Virus record (IMG/VR): IMGVR_UViG_3300032038_000060 | Coordinates: 8,820 to 72,819 of that record | Reading direction: 5' to 3' (one strand) | DNA length: 64,000 nucleotides | Source of the DNA: a virus | Taxonomy: Duplodnaviria > Caudoviricetes | Shown: positions 1-9,301 of the stretch, in pieces | How the letters are laid out: every line of letters starts with the position of its first letter | How positions within the stretch are numbered: position 1 is the first letter of the stretch | The notes under the pieces: generated by a model | Databases searched by the model: none | The model's input: only the letters and a program-made list of their open reading frames with translations | What the model was told of the DNA's origin: nothing | Position numbers and translations under genes: made by a program

Positions 1-2
1 TG

Positions 3-2753
3 GCTCAGGCAGGCTTTACAGAGTGGGCTAAGCAGTTGCAGGGCGACGTATCTATGCAACAGGCTATGCTGGCACAGTTGCGCACGGCATACGAGGCGGT
101 ACAGGAGGCTATACGTAAAGAGGGTGCCCGCATAAAGAAGGATGCTGACATGATGTGGAAACTGGCTCTGACTCCTGACGGAAAGAATCTGAAGCAGGAG
201 ATTGATGCAGCAATGGTGAACATGACACAGCAGCAGGAGGCTGTAAGCAGAGCCAACTCCCTCATTGGTGCCGGAACGGCATCGGAGAATGTGGCTTCAA
301 GAGTAGCCATCAAACAGATGCAACTGCAGCTGAGTGTACAGCAGGCTCAGTTTGCCTTAATGAGAAAGATGGGCGACGAGAAGGCTCAGTACCTGGATCA
401 GCTGGCAGAGCAGTATGAAAAGGAAAATAAACTGAAGGAGGCTGAAAGGGCTCGTCTGGATGCTGAAAACGTAAGAAAGAGTCTTGACATTGCCATTACG
501 GAAGAGAAAAAGAAGCAGGCTGAGATTACAAAACATATTGCAAAGGAGCAGGAAGAAATACAGAATCGCCTGTATAAGGACTTGCGCGAACTGAGCGGTC
601 TCCTCACCAAAGGCTTGCAGGGTGTCTTTGAGGCGGTGAACTTCTACAACAGCAGCGACTATAATAATCTGGCTGTGACGCGGGCTGGTGGCTCGTATAA
701 CAAGAATACCACCAAGACGACTTCCTACAGCACCAGCAGTAAGGTGACGGACACGGGAAAGCATTCTACCTCGACGTCCGCTTCTTCTACCTCTACCAAG
801 ACGAACAAGACGGACTCGTCGGATGCATCACAGGCATCAAAGTCTTCTTACTCTGATACCAACCGCGACCAGAGTGTGAACCGTTCTGCTACGTCAGACA
901 CTCACTCTACCACCAACACGTCGCAGTCGAAGACCTCTACCACCACGACGGAGAAGATACAGAGCTACTACATCATCGACAATGCAGGTACGAAGGATGC
1001 TGTGGCCCGTGAGGTGGAGATGTCGGAGGAGGAGTATTACGAGAAGAAGATAGAACTCGACCGCGATAATGCCATCAAGGAAGCATGGAAGAATCTGCTC
1101 GACGAACTGAACATGAAGATGTCAGAGACCATCACTGATCAGATCAATGCCATGTTCCAGCAGGAGGCTATCGACACCAATACGGCTGCCCTCCGTCTGA
1201 ATACTGATGCCCTTACAGGACTGACAGCCGCACTGGGTGCTTCACCTGAAACCAGAAACCAGAAACCTGAAACCGGCGATTGGGCCCGCGACGCACAGGG
1301 CATGGCTTTGGATGACAGCGGCAACATCGTTTATCCAATCCATCCGACAGAGACGGAAAGTGCCAAGCCGCTATTCCCAACCTCTGCAGAAGATTGGGAA
1401 AAGACGAGGGAGCAGATGGGTGAAACCTTCCAGTTTGCCGGTGAGAAGATGATTGAGACCAACGAAATGCTCAACGAGGCAGGTGTCAAGCCGCTCTTCC
1501 CACAGCCAATGACCGACGACGAGGTGACGAAGACCATTGACAACTATGGCCTGATTCAAGACTCAATGGCAGAGAAGGTCATTGAGACAGGTCAGATGGT
1601 ACAGGATGCTGGCGTGCAGCCACTTACTCCGCAGATGATGTCGGACGAGGAGGTGCAGGCACAAATCGACCAGGCAAACACTCTGGCACAGGGTAAGATT
1701 GATGCCCAGAACGCGGTAGCTGCCAATAAGGTAAATACTGACCAGCAACAGGTGAAGAGCGAAACATCTACTGACCAGCAGATGACGACAAGTGCCAACA
1801 GCATGTATGCGAAGATGATACAGGCTGCAAATCTCTATGGTATTGCATATCAGGCAATGTCAAACGATAATTTGAATACGGCACAGAAATTCGAGATGAT
1901 TGCAGTGCAGGCAGCAGGTCAGGCTGCAATATCTGCCTTGACAGCTTCTATGTCGCAAAATGCTGCACAGGTCGCTGCTGACACTCCTGCCGTCGCATCT
2001 AAGACTTTTGCGCAACTTGGTCCTATCGGTGGACCTGCTGCCTTTGCTGCTATCACAGCTTTGCTTGGTGGTTTGCTTGGTGTTGCAGTCAGTAAGATTG
2101 CCAAAAGTAAGCAGGAAATCGCTCAGGCTACGGGTGTCAGTGCCTCTGGTACCAACGTCAGTGCCGGAAAGCTGATGACGGGTATGCTGACGTATGGCGA
2201 GGGTAACGTAAATGAGTTTACGGACCCAAGCAGTCTGACGCCGGGCAGGTCGTACAACGTTGACAGCGCGGACGGAAGGACGTACAGGGCAAGGTATATG
2301 GGGGCTGACCCGAAGACACACCTGACGAACGGACCGGAGTTCCACCTGGTAGGCGAACGTGGCAGAGAGGCTATCATCGACGCTCACACGACACGTCTGA
2401 TGCAGATGGACGATACGGGCATCTGGCAGGCTATACAGACGTTGTATAACGGCGGCTCACTGCGCCACAGCGTCATGCGCCGTAAGGGACGTGGCATGGC
2501 TGCCTTCGCCGACGGAAACATTGACGAGTTCGAGACGACGGCTGATGGCGGAGGTCTGATGGCTGGCGGTGCAGGGTTATCACCTGAACAGATGATGGCG
2601 CTGCAGGCGAGCATCGACAGACAGAGCGACTTGCTGGAGCGTGCTATGACGGACGGCATCCATGCATACTTCGACGTGTATGGCAGAGGCGGTCTGATTG
2701 ATAGCTACGACACTGGCAAGAAGACTGTCAACAGTCACGGGGAGAGGTACTAA
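3..2753 (+). CDS. Tail tape-measure protein, C-terminal part (5' end outside the window)
   Basis: Frame is open from base 3. Long Ala/Gln/Glu-rich helical protein with a hydrophobic segment (AAFAAITALLGGLLGVAV) and a C-terminal GEGN...FHLVGERGREAII motif typical of tape-measure C-termini. Confidence 0.7.
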   Translation, partial: AQAGFTEWAKQLQGDVSMQQAMLAQLRTAYEAVQEAIRKEGARIKKDADMMWKLALTPDGKNLKQEIDAAMVNMTQQQEAVSRANSLIGAGTASENVASRVAIKQMQLQLSVQQAQFALMRKMGDEKAQYLDQLAEQYEKENKLKEAERARLDAENVRKSLDIAITEEKKKQAEITKHIAKEQEEIQNRLYKDLRELSGLLTKGLQGVFEAVNFYNSSDYNNLAVTRAGGSYNKNTTKTTSYSTSSKVTDTGKHSTSTSASSTSTKTNKTDSSDASQASKSSYSDTNRDQSVNRSATSDTHSTTNTSQSKTSTTTTEKIQSYYIIDNAGTKDAVAREVEMSEEEYYEKKIELDRDNAIKEAWKNLLDELNMKMSETITDQINAMFQQEAIDTNTAALRLNTDALTGLTAALGASPETRNQKPETGDWARDAQGMALDDSGNIVYPIHPTETESAKPLFPTSAEDWEKTREQMGETFQFAGEKMIETNEMLNEAGVKPLFPQPMTDDEVTKTIDNYGLIQDSMAEKVIETGQMVQDAGVQPLTPQMMSDEEVQAQIDQANTLAQGKIDAQNAVAANKVNTDQQQVKSETSTDQQMTTSANSMYAKMIQAANLYGIAYQAMSNDNLNTAQKFEMIAVQAAGQAAISALTASMSQNAAQVAADTPAVASKTFAQLGPIGGPAAFAAITALLGGLLGVAVSKIAKSKQEIAQATGVSASGTNVSAGKLMTGMLTYGEGNVNEFTDPSSLTPGRSYNVDSADGRTYRARYMGADPKTHLTNGPEFHLVGERGREAIIDAHTTRLMQMDDTGIWQAIQTLYNGGSLRHSVMRRKGRGMAAFADGNIDEFETTADGGGLMAGGAGLSPEQMMALQASIDRQSDLLERAMTDGIHAYFDVYGRGGLIDSYDTGKKTVNSHGERY

Positions 2754-2781
2754 AGCCTCTCCGCCTTAGGCGGCGGGCTTT
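2752..2781 (+). terminator. Hairpin terminator after the tape-measure gene
   Basis: AAAGCC..CCGCC-TTA-GGCGG..GGCTTT directly at the stop codon. Confidence 0.6.
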
Positions 2782-2876
2782 GGTTTCAGGTTTCAAGGTT
2801 TCAGGTGGCTGGCGCATGGGCGGTGGGCTTTGGTTTCAGGTTTCAAGTTTCAGGTTTACCTCCGGTCTGGGCTTTG

Positions 2877-3064
2877 AAAAAAAACCGAGAAAACATCTTT
2901 CTTCGGTCTTGAAGCTCTTGCGAGCCTTTATGTTAAGCGTTACGCCTGTGTCATTGAAAGTACACTCTCATGCCACCGCATAACTCTTATCATATCCACC
3001 ACCGTGGTTACAAGCCCTCGAAAGCAAAAACCCCGGCCTGAGCTCATCGCCGGCCTGGAAAACC
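2877..3064 (-). ncRNA. GGTTTTT-bracketed structured module G (candidate ncRNA)
   Basis: Minus strand reads GGTTTT, hairpin CCGGC/GCCGG, GGGGTTTTT, a ~130-nt body, then GTTTTCTCGGTTTTTTTT. Same layout as modules A-E. Confidence 0.4.
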
Positions 3065-3143
3065 AGTTATACCATTTGACTCCCTCATGTTTTTACTTGT
3101 CAGTCTAATACAATATTTGGTTTTTCTGATTGTGAAAACAATC

Positions 3144-3314
3144 GGGGTTTTTTCTGACAAGGCACTGCCTTACTGTAAGGAAGGTGCAGAGGTTCAGGGA
3201 AGGGTGACATGGGAGCTCGCTCACGATGGCGCAATTACTTGAAGCACTGCAAGATCTTAACAAGACCAGTGCCGATGGCAGGGTTTTTTAGGTTTTTGTT
3301 TCCATACGCAAAGG
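3144..3314 (+). ncRNA. GGTTTTT-bracketed structured module C (candidate ncRNA)
   Basis: 130-nt body differs from the copy at 55588-55760 at 7 positions. Closing stem GGCACTG/CAGTGCC. Upstream GATTGT-GAAA-ACAATC GNRA hairpin. Tail GGGTTTTTTAGGTTTTTGTT..CGCAAAGG. Confidence 0.65.
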
Positions 3315-3378
3315 AGGGTTAAGGTTAGGGTTAACGTTAAGGTTGAATTAAATTAGAAACTTATATTTAACAATTTTT

Positions 3379-3879
3379 ATGAAGTGGTTCAGAAATTTAT
3401 TTAAGAAGAAATCTACCTCCCCTGAGGAGGCCGTACCTCTCACCATCGAGGGTGTAGAGCCTGCTCCTATGACACCGGAGCCTGACGATGCAGAACTGGC
3501 TGCACAAGCCATTCTTGAAACGCTGGCAGAGCCGAAGGCGGCAACGAAAACGAAGACGAAAACAAAAAAGAAAACCGTGAACCGTGAACCCTTAACCGAG
3601 AACCGTGCCTCTGCCGACCATTTTCGTGAGCTCGCGAAAAAGATACGCCAGGCACATGAGCAGTCACGGCAACGGACGCTGCGGTTTATATGTTACTGCG
3701 AGCAGGAACTGCAAAAGCCTGATCTGCCGGAGGTGGGTAAGGGCTCGCTCAGTCTGCTGGAGGCAGAACTGTATAAGCGCATCGACACGGTAGAGCGCGA
3801 GGGTGGCGACTTGAAACGCCGCTGGCAGCACTGCCTGGCCGAGGTTACAGTAAGGCGGATAGGAGTGGATAACGGTTAA
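3379..3879 (+). CDS. Hypothetical protein (166 aa)
   Basis: ATG after an AT-rich leader. Carries an in-frame ACCGTGA-type heptamer run (TVNREPLTENR). Confidence 0.65.
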   Translation: MKWFRNLFKKKSTSPEEAVPLTIEGVEPAPMTPEPDDAELAAQAILETLAEPKAATKTKTKTKKKTVNREPLTENRASADHFRELAKKIRQAHEQSRQRTLRFICYCEQELQKPDLPEVGKGSLSLLEAELYKRIDTVEREGGDLKRRWQHCLAEVTVRRIGVDNG

Positions 3880-3920
3880 CGGTTAGAGGTTAGAGAGGGC
3901 TGCGCGGTGGGCTCAGACCG

Positions 3921-4093
3921 AGGTTTTTCCATGATAGTATGCGGAAAACCTGTTAGGGTGTGTGATGTGAGGTGGGCGCTTTGGATGGATGCTTGCATAC
4001 AAGAAAAAGCGAATGCCTCGCATCATAAGGTGCTGCAGGCACTCGCATACTGTCATGGGGTTTTTTAGGTTTTTGTTAATACTCGCAAAGGGG
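3921..4093 (+). ncRNA. GGTTTTT-bracketed structured module B (candidate ncRNA)
   Basis: AGGTTTTT, then a 15-bp closing stem 3929-3943/4044-4058 (one T-G pair), then GGTTTTTTAGGTTTTTGTT..CGCAAAGGGG. Confidence 0.55.
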
Positions 4094-4261
4094 ATAGGGT
4101 TTTGTTTCCATACGCACCTCGTGCTTTTTCATTAGTATTCATGGGACTTGGAGACATAAAACGTGAAAGGCAAAACGCAATTAGAAACATGCGTTTAACA
4201 TTTATTATGTTTAAGGGAGTCAAGTACATTTCTGTGTTTTTTTAGCGACTGATGAAGGAGC

Positions 4262-4436
4262 GGGGTTTTTCCTGACAAGGCATAAACCTGACGCAAGGCA
4301 GGTGTAGAAGTTCAAGGACTGACGACATAGGAGCTTGTTCATAGTGACGGCAGAACTTGAATTGCGACATCAGTCTGTAAAGACTTTATGTCGATGGCAG
4401 GGGTTTTTTAGGTTTTTGTTTATCTTCGCAAAGGGG
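4262..4436 (+). ncRNA. GGTTTTT-bracketed structured module A (diverged paralog of C and D)
   Basis: Same ends as C/D (GGGGTTTTTCCTGACAAGGCA ... GATGGCAGGGGTTTTTTAGGTTTTTGTT). Compensatory stems GGCATAAA/TTTATGTC, TTCAAG/CTTGAA and AGTCT-GTAA-AGACT. Confidence 0.65.
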
Positions 4437-4439
4437 CAC

Positions 4440-4635
4440 AAAAAAGCGCCACCCCAATGAAAAGCTACAACATGGGATGGCGCGAGGGATGACACGAAAG
4501 TCATCCGCTGCATGGCTTTCTTAGGACAATTAATATACAAAAGCAGCACCTCACGGTGGTTATGGAAAAATGAGTGTAAGCAAATATCGCAGGAAACAGT
4601 CCTGACTCCAGAAAGAGTTCACAGAACTGATTTCT
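4440..4635 (-). ncRNA. Candidate small RNA H with its own promoter and intrinsic terminator
   Basis: Canonical TTTG-N20-TACCTTTG at 4672-4641. Internal CACC-GTGA-GGTG and GGATGAC/GTCATCC hairpins. Terminator GCGCCATCCCA/TGGGGTGGCGC plus T6. No convincing ORF. Confidence 0.65.
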
Positions 4636-4640
4636 GAGTG

Positions 4641-4672
4641 CAAAGGTACTACTTTTTTATGTATCTCGCAAA
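4641..4672 (-). promoter_or_regulatory. Bacteroidota-type housekeeping promoter (leftward)
   Basis: TTTG-N20-TACCTTTG matches the established -33 TTTG / -7 TAnnTTTG consensus. Confidence 0.75.
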
Positions 4673-5218
4673 TAATCAGTGAGTTATCTTCGCCGCCGCA
4701 AAAAATATTTTTAAGGAGTTCCGCCGTTCGCAGCATCTTATATTTTTGTAAAATACCGCGTAATGTATTGATTTACAATTATTTATAATATATTTTTGCG
4801 GTTATATATATTTTTTCCTTAATATAAAGTATAGTAAAAATAAATAAAAGTTATCTATATATTATATGTAATAGACTGATAATCAATCTTTTCTTTTCTT
4901 TGTTAAATCCTTTTTATATAATGAGGAGAGCGGGGAGTTCTTACCTTTCAGAGAAAGATATGATTTGTAGGAATATTTTATGTTTATAAAAGGTTTTGTC
5001 TAAAAACGGGGGTTTTTCGGGAACAGGGTGTTTTTAGGCTTGTAACTTGTTGATTTTCATATATGTTACATGTGCCCAGACGCTTTAGGAACTGAACAAG
5101 GCTAAAAGGGTGCGAAATTTGTCGTAACTTATTGATTATCAGGTGCGCCCCTAAATCGTACCAAAAGTGCCCAAATAAACATTTTTTCGGGGAATTAAAG
5201 ATAACTCGCAGATTATTT
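4671..5218. promoter_or_regulatory. Cluster of six IHF-consensus-like sites
   Basis: YAA-N4-TTGAT-W exact at 4759-4776, 5042-5059 and 5124-5141. One or two mismatches at 4671-4688 (minus), 4868-4885 and 5201-5218. Confidence 0.55.
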
Positions 5219-5247
5219 GTGAGGAATTAAAATAATGCGTACCTTTG
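5216..5247 (+). promoter_or_regulatory. Bacteroidota-type housekeeping promoter (rightward)
   Basis: TTTG-N20-TACCTTTG ending 16 nt before the ATG at 5264. Confidence 0.75.
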
Positions 5248-5263
5248 CAGAAAATTAAAACCG

Positions 5264-5863
5264 ATGACGAACAATACCTATACTATGCCGGCGATATGCT
5301 GGCTGAAGATTACTGACTACATGAGGCCGTGGATGGAGCATGAGCTTGGCGGCGAGGTGAGGGCTGGCGAACAGCGTGTGATATGCGTACAGCATCTTCC
5401 TGGGGCGCGTGAAATACTCCGGATGGAAACGAAGGAGGAGATGATGGAGCAGCGTATCGTCGGCAATACTATGTCGGCCACCTTACGCAACTGTATTGAT
5501 GCAGGCATGGTACTGGATGCTTCGGCAGTAGAAAGGATGTATGGTATTACAAAAGAGAATCTGAAAGCGTATATGCCAATAGAGTGTCCGAAGATGTGCC
5601 TGACGAAGGACGGCGTACTGCGCCCGTGGACTCAGGATGTGTATTTCGGACGACAGCAGGCTATAGATTTGCAAAGGCTGCTGAGAGTGGAATATTGGAA
5701 GGCGGTAGAGAGATTCAACGAAAGTTACAAGCGCAAAAAGAACGGACGCTGGTATCCTGCGGTCGAGATGATTGAGGACTTCTGCCAGGAGACGAACACT
5801 CCGGACATGTATATCGAGGCCATCAGGAGGGAGTGGCAGAGGAGGTGCAAATCAAAGGCGTAG
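5264..5863 (+). CDS. Hypothetical protein (199 aa), sole gene under the rightward promoter
   Basis: Clean ORF with promoter and A-rich leader. No motif recognised. Confidence 0.75.
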   Translation: MTNNTYTMPAICWLKITDYMRPWMEHELGGEVRAGEQRVICVQHLPGAREILRMETKEEMMEQRIVGNTMSATLRNCIDAGMVLDASAVERMYGITKENLKAYMPIECPKMCLTKDGVLRPWTQDVYFGRQQAIDLQRLLRVEYWKAVERFNESYKRKKNGRWYPAVEMIEDFCQETNTPDMYIEAIRREWQRRCKSKA

Positions 5864-5881
5864 GCTTTGATTTGGGTTTCA

Positions 5882-5990
5882 GGTTTGACTTCGTCGATAC
5901 TCCCAAGTTCTCCCAGTTCTGTCTAAGCCTCTTCGCAGAAGCAACATCGGCTTGACATCACTGGTCGCTTTGGGCGCATTCAGGTTTCAA
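5882..5990 (+). repeat. 109-bp dispersed structured element, copy 1
   Basis: Identical to 12761-12869. Diverged copy at 13238-13346. Confidence 0.9.
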
Positions 5991-6008
5991 GTTTCAGGTT
6001 TCAAGCCG

Positions 6009-6668
6009 TCAGCCGCGCATACTTTTGCCTTCAAAGACTATTACCTTCGTAATAGCTCTGAGGCGGTCGAGGGTGCGAAGGCCATAGCGGCCTTCGATGG
6101 AAGGTATGGCAGTGTCTGTGGCGCGAGTGGTACGCAGGTTGGTGGTAAGGACAAGCAGACCGCCGCGACGCTCGCAGCTGTCAACGATTTCGTTGAAGGG
6201 AATGTGACGGTTGCCATAAATGTTAACCTCCACGGGCTCGGTACCGATGTCGTCGATAAACAGGAGTGCGCCACACTTATCCTGTATTGTATCAAACTTC
6301 TGTGTCATGTCGATGGCCGTATAGCAGTTAGGGACTTTTCTGGCATAGCGGTTTATTAGCACCGGGATGATGTACTGACAGATTACTGTCTTACCCAGAC
6401 CGCAACTTCCCTGGCATAGCAGTCCCCTACCCTTGTTATCCGTTAGCCATTCAACCACCTTGTCATAGGCTGGGAGCCACTGATACTTCTCACCGAGATA
6501 ATATTGCAGGCCAGCACGCAGCTTTGCCTCTGCATCAGCGATGTGTATATGATGCTGCAGTTCTACTCGCGGTGTGTAGTTATACAACGCTTTACCATCA
6601 TGTCTGCTGGTGAGGTCGGCCACTCCGGCCCCGAAGTCATTCACGAGATTTTGATTTTCCATTACCAT
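6009..6668 (-). CDS. DnaC/IstB-like P-loop ATPase (helicase-loader type)
   Basis: Walker A GSCGLGKT, Walker B LLFIDDIGTE, TTNL and DRL motifs. Overlaps the rep stop codon. Confidence 0.8.
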   Translation of the reverse strand: MVMENQNLVNDFGAGVADLTSRHDGKALYNYTPRVELQHHIHIADAEAKLRAGLQYYLGEKYQWLPAYDKVVEWLTDNKGRGLLCQGSCGLGKTVICQYIIPVLINRYARKVPNCYTAIDMTQKFDTIQDKCGALLFIDDIGTEPVEVNIYGNRHIPFNEIVDSCERRGGLLVLTTNLRTTRATDTAIPSIEGRYGLRTLDRLRAITKVIVFEGKSMRG

Positions 6669-7951
6669 TCCTTCTGTCCTTTAAAATAATCTTCTGTCGT
6701 ATTCTGTATTATAGTGTCATTCCCACTACCCTTCTTCAGCGGCTGTGATGACACCTCTTGTGCGGAGGTGAAGCATTTGTTTTCCTCCTCACGGATATAA
6801 TCGTCTATGGCCTTATGAGTCCATGCTGCGATGTTACGGACATCGCTGTGTCTGCCTGCCATGAACTCGTCGTGCCACGTCTGCAGCTGTATGACAAACC
6901 CGGGCATGATAACGGGTGTTACACGACGGAGCAGGGCACGTGCCTGGTTGATGTGGAGTCGGAAAAATTCTATCATAAGTTTCTGACATAACTCACGGTT
7001 TGGGGCGTAATCATTTTCTTCTTGAATGGTTCGTCCGGCTTCTGTGGGCAATATAGTAAAGGCCACTGAATCAGGTCGTTTATATGGTGGCAGAGGTGTT
7101 CCATGTAATAATCCCTGGTAGGTGAAGGTGAAGTCAGAACCTCCACTCTCTGCAAGTTTATCAAGTTCTTTCTGGGCCTGATTGAGTACCTTTTCGCAGA
7201 ACTGACTCCATGAACCATAACGATTCTCACGTTCAGGATCGTCGCTATCCTTTACAAAACCAAGACGTGTGCGTAAATCGCGCATAGGTATAACAAACTG
7301 TTCACTCTTTAGCCGACGCCATTCTTCAGAAAGGTATATGTATAGGGGGTATGAAAAACTGCTACGCAGACGACCTGCTGTATATCCTATAAACCGAGTA
7401 TAGTTACTGAAGAGATTTATATCAAGAATATTTTCTGCCGTAAGTCGTGGAATGATAACTGTAAAATCAGTACCTATAAATTTTCCGCCCTCGCGCTTGC
7501 CATGTATCTGCATCAAATTCTCTGTACGGAAGGACCCCGGATTATTTTTGTCTGGGATAAAGCATTGCACATGAGTAAGGGACGCAAGAACAATTCGCGC
7601 CTCTTCATAATGTGTATCGTCGGCTATATCGGACATGTGAAGTTTGAAAAGGATATCGCCCTCGTTATAAATATCCCTCTTCTCCCTGACGACCTCAAAT
7701 TCATCCGTAATAAAGTTTAGGTATAATTGTCCGGTCTTGTCAGCCTGTGGCATCTTGGCAATGCGCCACAAACCTTGCAGACGCTGGAGCACGGCTATCA
7801 GCACACGGTAGCCAGTAACCTTATTCATCATCGGTAAGTGGGCCAACTGACGGGGCTGTGTAATCAAGTCCTGAAGACTTAGAGTAACGGCTTTTTTCTT
7901 CTTTTTCTTTGCCTTGGGTTTAGTTCCTTCGGCAGATTTCTTTGTAACCAT
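6662..7951 (-). CDS. Plasmid-type replication initiator (Rep_3/RepA winged-helix family)
   Basis: LRSSFSYPLYIYLSEEW..IPMRDLRTRLG..YGSWSQFCEKVLNQAQKEL matches the Rep_3 pattern. Start moved to the ATG at 7951 behind the promoter at 8010-7979. Iterons are adjacent. Confidence 0.8.
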   Translation of the reverse strand: MVTKKSAEGTKPKAKKKKKKAVTLSLQDLITQPRQLAHLPMMNKVTGYRVLIAVLQRLQGLWRIAKMPQADKTGQLYLNFITDEFEVVREKRDIYNEGDILFKLHMSDIADDTHYEEARIVLASLTHVQCFIPDKNNPGSFRTENLMQIHGKREGGKFIGTDFTVIIPRLTAENILDINLFSNYTRFIGYTAGRLRSSFSYPLYIYLSEEWRRLKSEQFVIPMRDLRTRLGFVKDSDDPERENRYGSWSQFCEKVLNQAQKELDKLAESGGSDFTFTYQGLLHGTPLPPYKRPDSVAFTILPTEAGRTIQEENDYAPNRELCQKLMIEFFRLHINQARALLRRVTPVIMPGFVIQLQTWHDEFMAGRHSDVRNIAAWTHKAIDDYIREEENKCFTSAQEVSSQPLKKGSGNDTIIQNTTEDYFKGQKEW

Positions 7952-7978
7952 AAGAGTATTTTTTGTTGTAGCTGGGTG

Positions 7979-8010
7979 CAAAGGTAAGTATTTAAATCGT
8001 AACCTCCAAA
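7979..8010 (-). promoter_or_regulatory. rep promoter
   Basis: TTTG-N20-TACCTTTG. Confidence 0.7.
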
Positions 8011-8194
8011 TTTTTTGAAAGATTTTTTTATTTTTAATTGCATTTTTATTTGTTTTGATATTCAGAGATTTACATTTCATGGCCTTATATTTTGGGCAAG
8101 CACAACTATAAATTCGGAAAACCTTTCCTTATATTTAGGGCAGTTCTGGCTGCTATTTCGGTAAATAAAATCTTCATTTTCGAGAAACTTCTTT

Positions 8195-8359
8195 ACCTAC
8201 CAATTCGGAAAACTACCACCTACCAACTCGGGAAACTGATTGTATTTTACCTACCAATTCGGGAAACTGTCACCTACCAATTCGGGCAATTATAACCTAC
8301 CATCAGAGGAAAATGATACCTACCAACACGGAAAACCACCACCTACCAATTCGGGAAAC
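8195..8359 (+). repeat. Iteron array (replication origin)
   Basis: Seven ~19-bp ACCTACCAATTCGGGAAAC-type repeats starting at 8195, 8218, 8249, 8272, 8295, 8318 and 8341 (mostly 23-bp period). Further copy at 8510, inverted copies near 8643, 8701 and 8750, IHF-like site at 8368-8385. Confidence 0.85.
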
Positions 8360-8850
8360 TTTCTCTTGTAACTTATTGATAACCAGTACGGATATCTGCC
8401 CATATATAGTATTTCTATATAATATTCTATATGGATTCTATAGGAAAAACGATTCGGGGAAAATCATATTTTTATGGGGAAAGGATATCTCGGACATATT
8501 TATAATTTTACCTACCAATTCGGAAAACCACCTCTTCCGGCAAATTACCGGCAAATAAAAACGCATTGATATACAAGCACTTACAGAGCGCATGGATTTC
8601 CTGCGCAAATAAAACAATCCTGAAGGTTTTCCGGAAACATAGGTTTCCCGAATACGTAGGCATTACGTGTACGCGCGTAAACACAAGCGCCTTGTGCAGG
8701 TTTCCCAAATTGGTAGGCGCATGTGCTCGCGCTATACAACGCCCACGAGTTTTCCGAAATAGTAGGTAAAGTTCCCGTTTTGTCCGAAAACAAAAATCGC
8801 CAGCAATCTGGATGACTGCTGACGAGATTGTTACATTTTGTAATTGTTTG

Positions 8851-9231
8851 TCACTTAGTGTATGTCGTGGTGAGCTGCGATGCCATTTCGCGGAAGCGCT
8901 TATAATCTTCGTCGCTGATCGTACCAGAGGAACGTAGGCCGTCAATAATGAACATATAGATAGCACGGTGCTTTGGGGTGTCGCTGTCCGTACAGTAATG
9001 CTGTAGAGCATTAAACACCTCCTTTGGCATAATGGTTGTTGCCTTCTTGGTAGGGAATGGCATTACTACCCCGCCCTGCTTATTCTGCACACTTTGTATA
9101 ACAGTCTGGGGGTGCTGCACTTGTTGTGGTTCAATATCCAAACCTGCTATTTGTGTATTCTCTTCGTTGGCTATTGCCGTGTCAATACGGCTCTGTAAAG
9201 AACGGCGCTGTGGTTGATTTTTAGTACTCAT
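8851..9231 (-). CDS. Small ParA partner, probable ribbon-helix-helix centromere-binding protein
   Basis: Directly downstream of parA. Flexible N-terminus then KATTIMPKEVFNALQHYC..HRAIYMFIIDGL (RHH-like), as in type Ib partition cassettes. Confidence 0.55.
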   Translation of the reverse strand: MSTKNQPQRRSLQSRIDTAIANEENTQIAGLDIEPQQVQHPQTVIQSVQNKQGGVVMPFPTKKATTIMPKEVFNALQHYCTDSDTPKHRAIYMFIIDGLRSSGTISDEDYKRFREMASQLTTTYTK

Positions 9232-9301
9232 AGTTAATTCATGTTATGCAACCGCACAAATATGCAAATGTGCAAATGCGTGGTTGCTGGTTAATATTTT
9301 T

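Noticed and set aside
3893-4056. 55-aa minus-strand ORF behind an A-rich tract in module B
   Set aside because: The paralogous tails in A, C, D and E have no ATG at that position, and the region is explained by a 15-bp RNA stem.
4249-4325. CTGATGA (4249) and CTGACGA (4319) resemble the hammerhead core
   Set aside because: No correctly placed GAAA or stem II/III, and the heptamers are not kept in paralogs C and D.
4700-5200. Possible protelomerase site (linear phage-plasmid)
   Set aside because: Only short imperfect inverted repeats; no long perfect palindrome and no protelomerase gene in the window.
5952-6359. ORFs starting MTSLVALGAFRFQ (also 12831-13046)
   Set aside because: The start comes from the 109-bp repeat and heptamer run. 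5952-6359 is antisense to the ATPase; the real second gene starts at 12894.
8195-8359. Regular repeat array that looks like a mini-CRISPR
   Set aside because: Spacers are only about 4 bp, there are no cas genes, and it sits beside a rep gene. It is explained as iterons.
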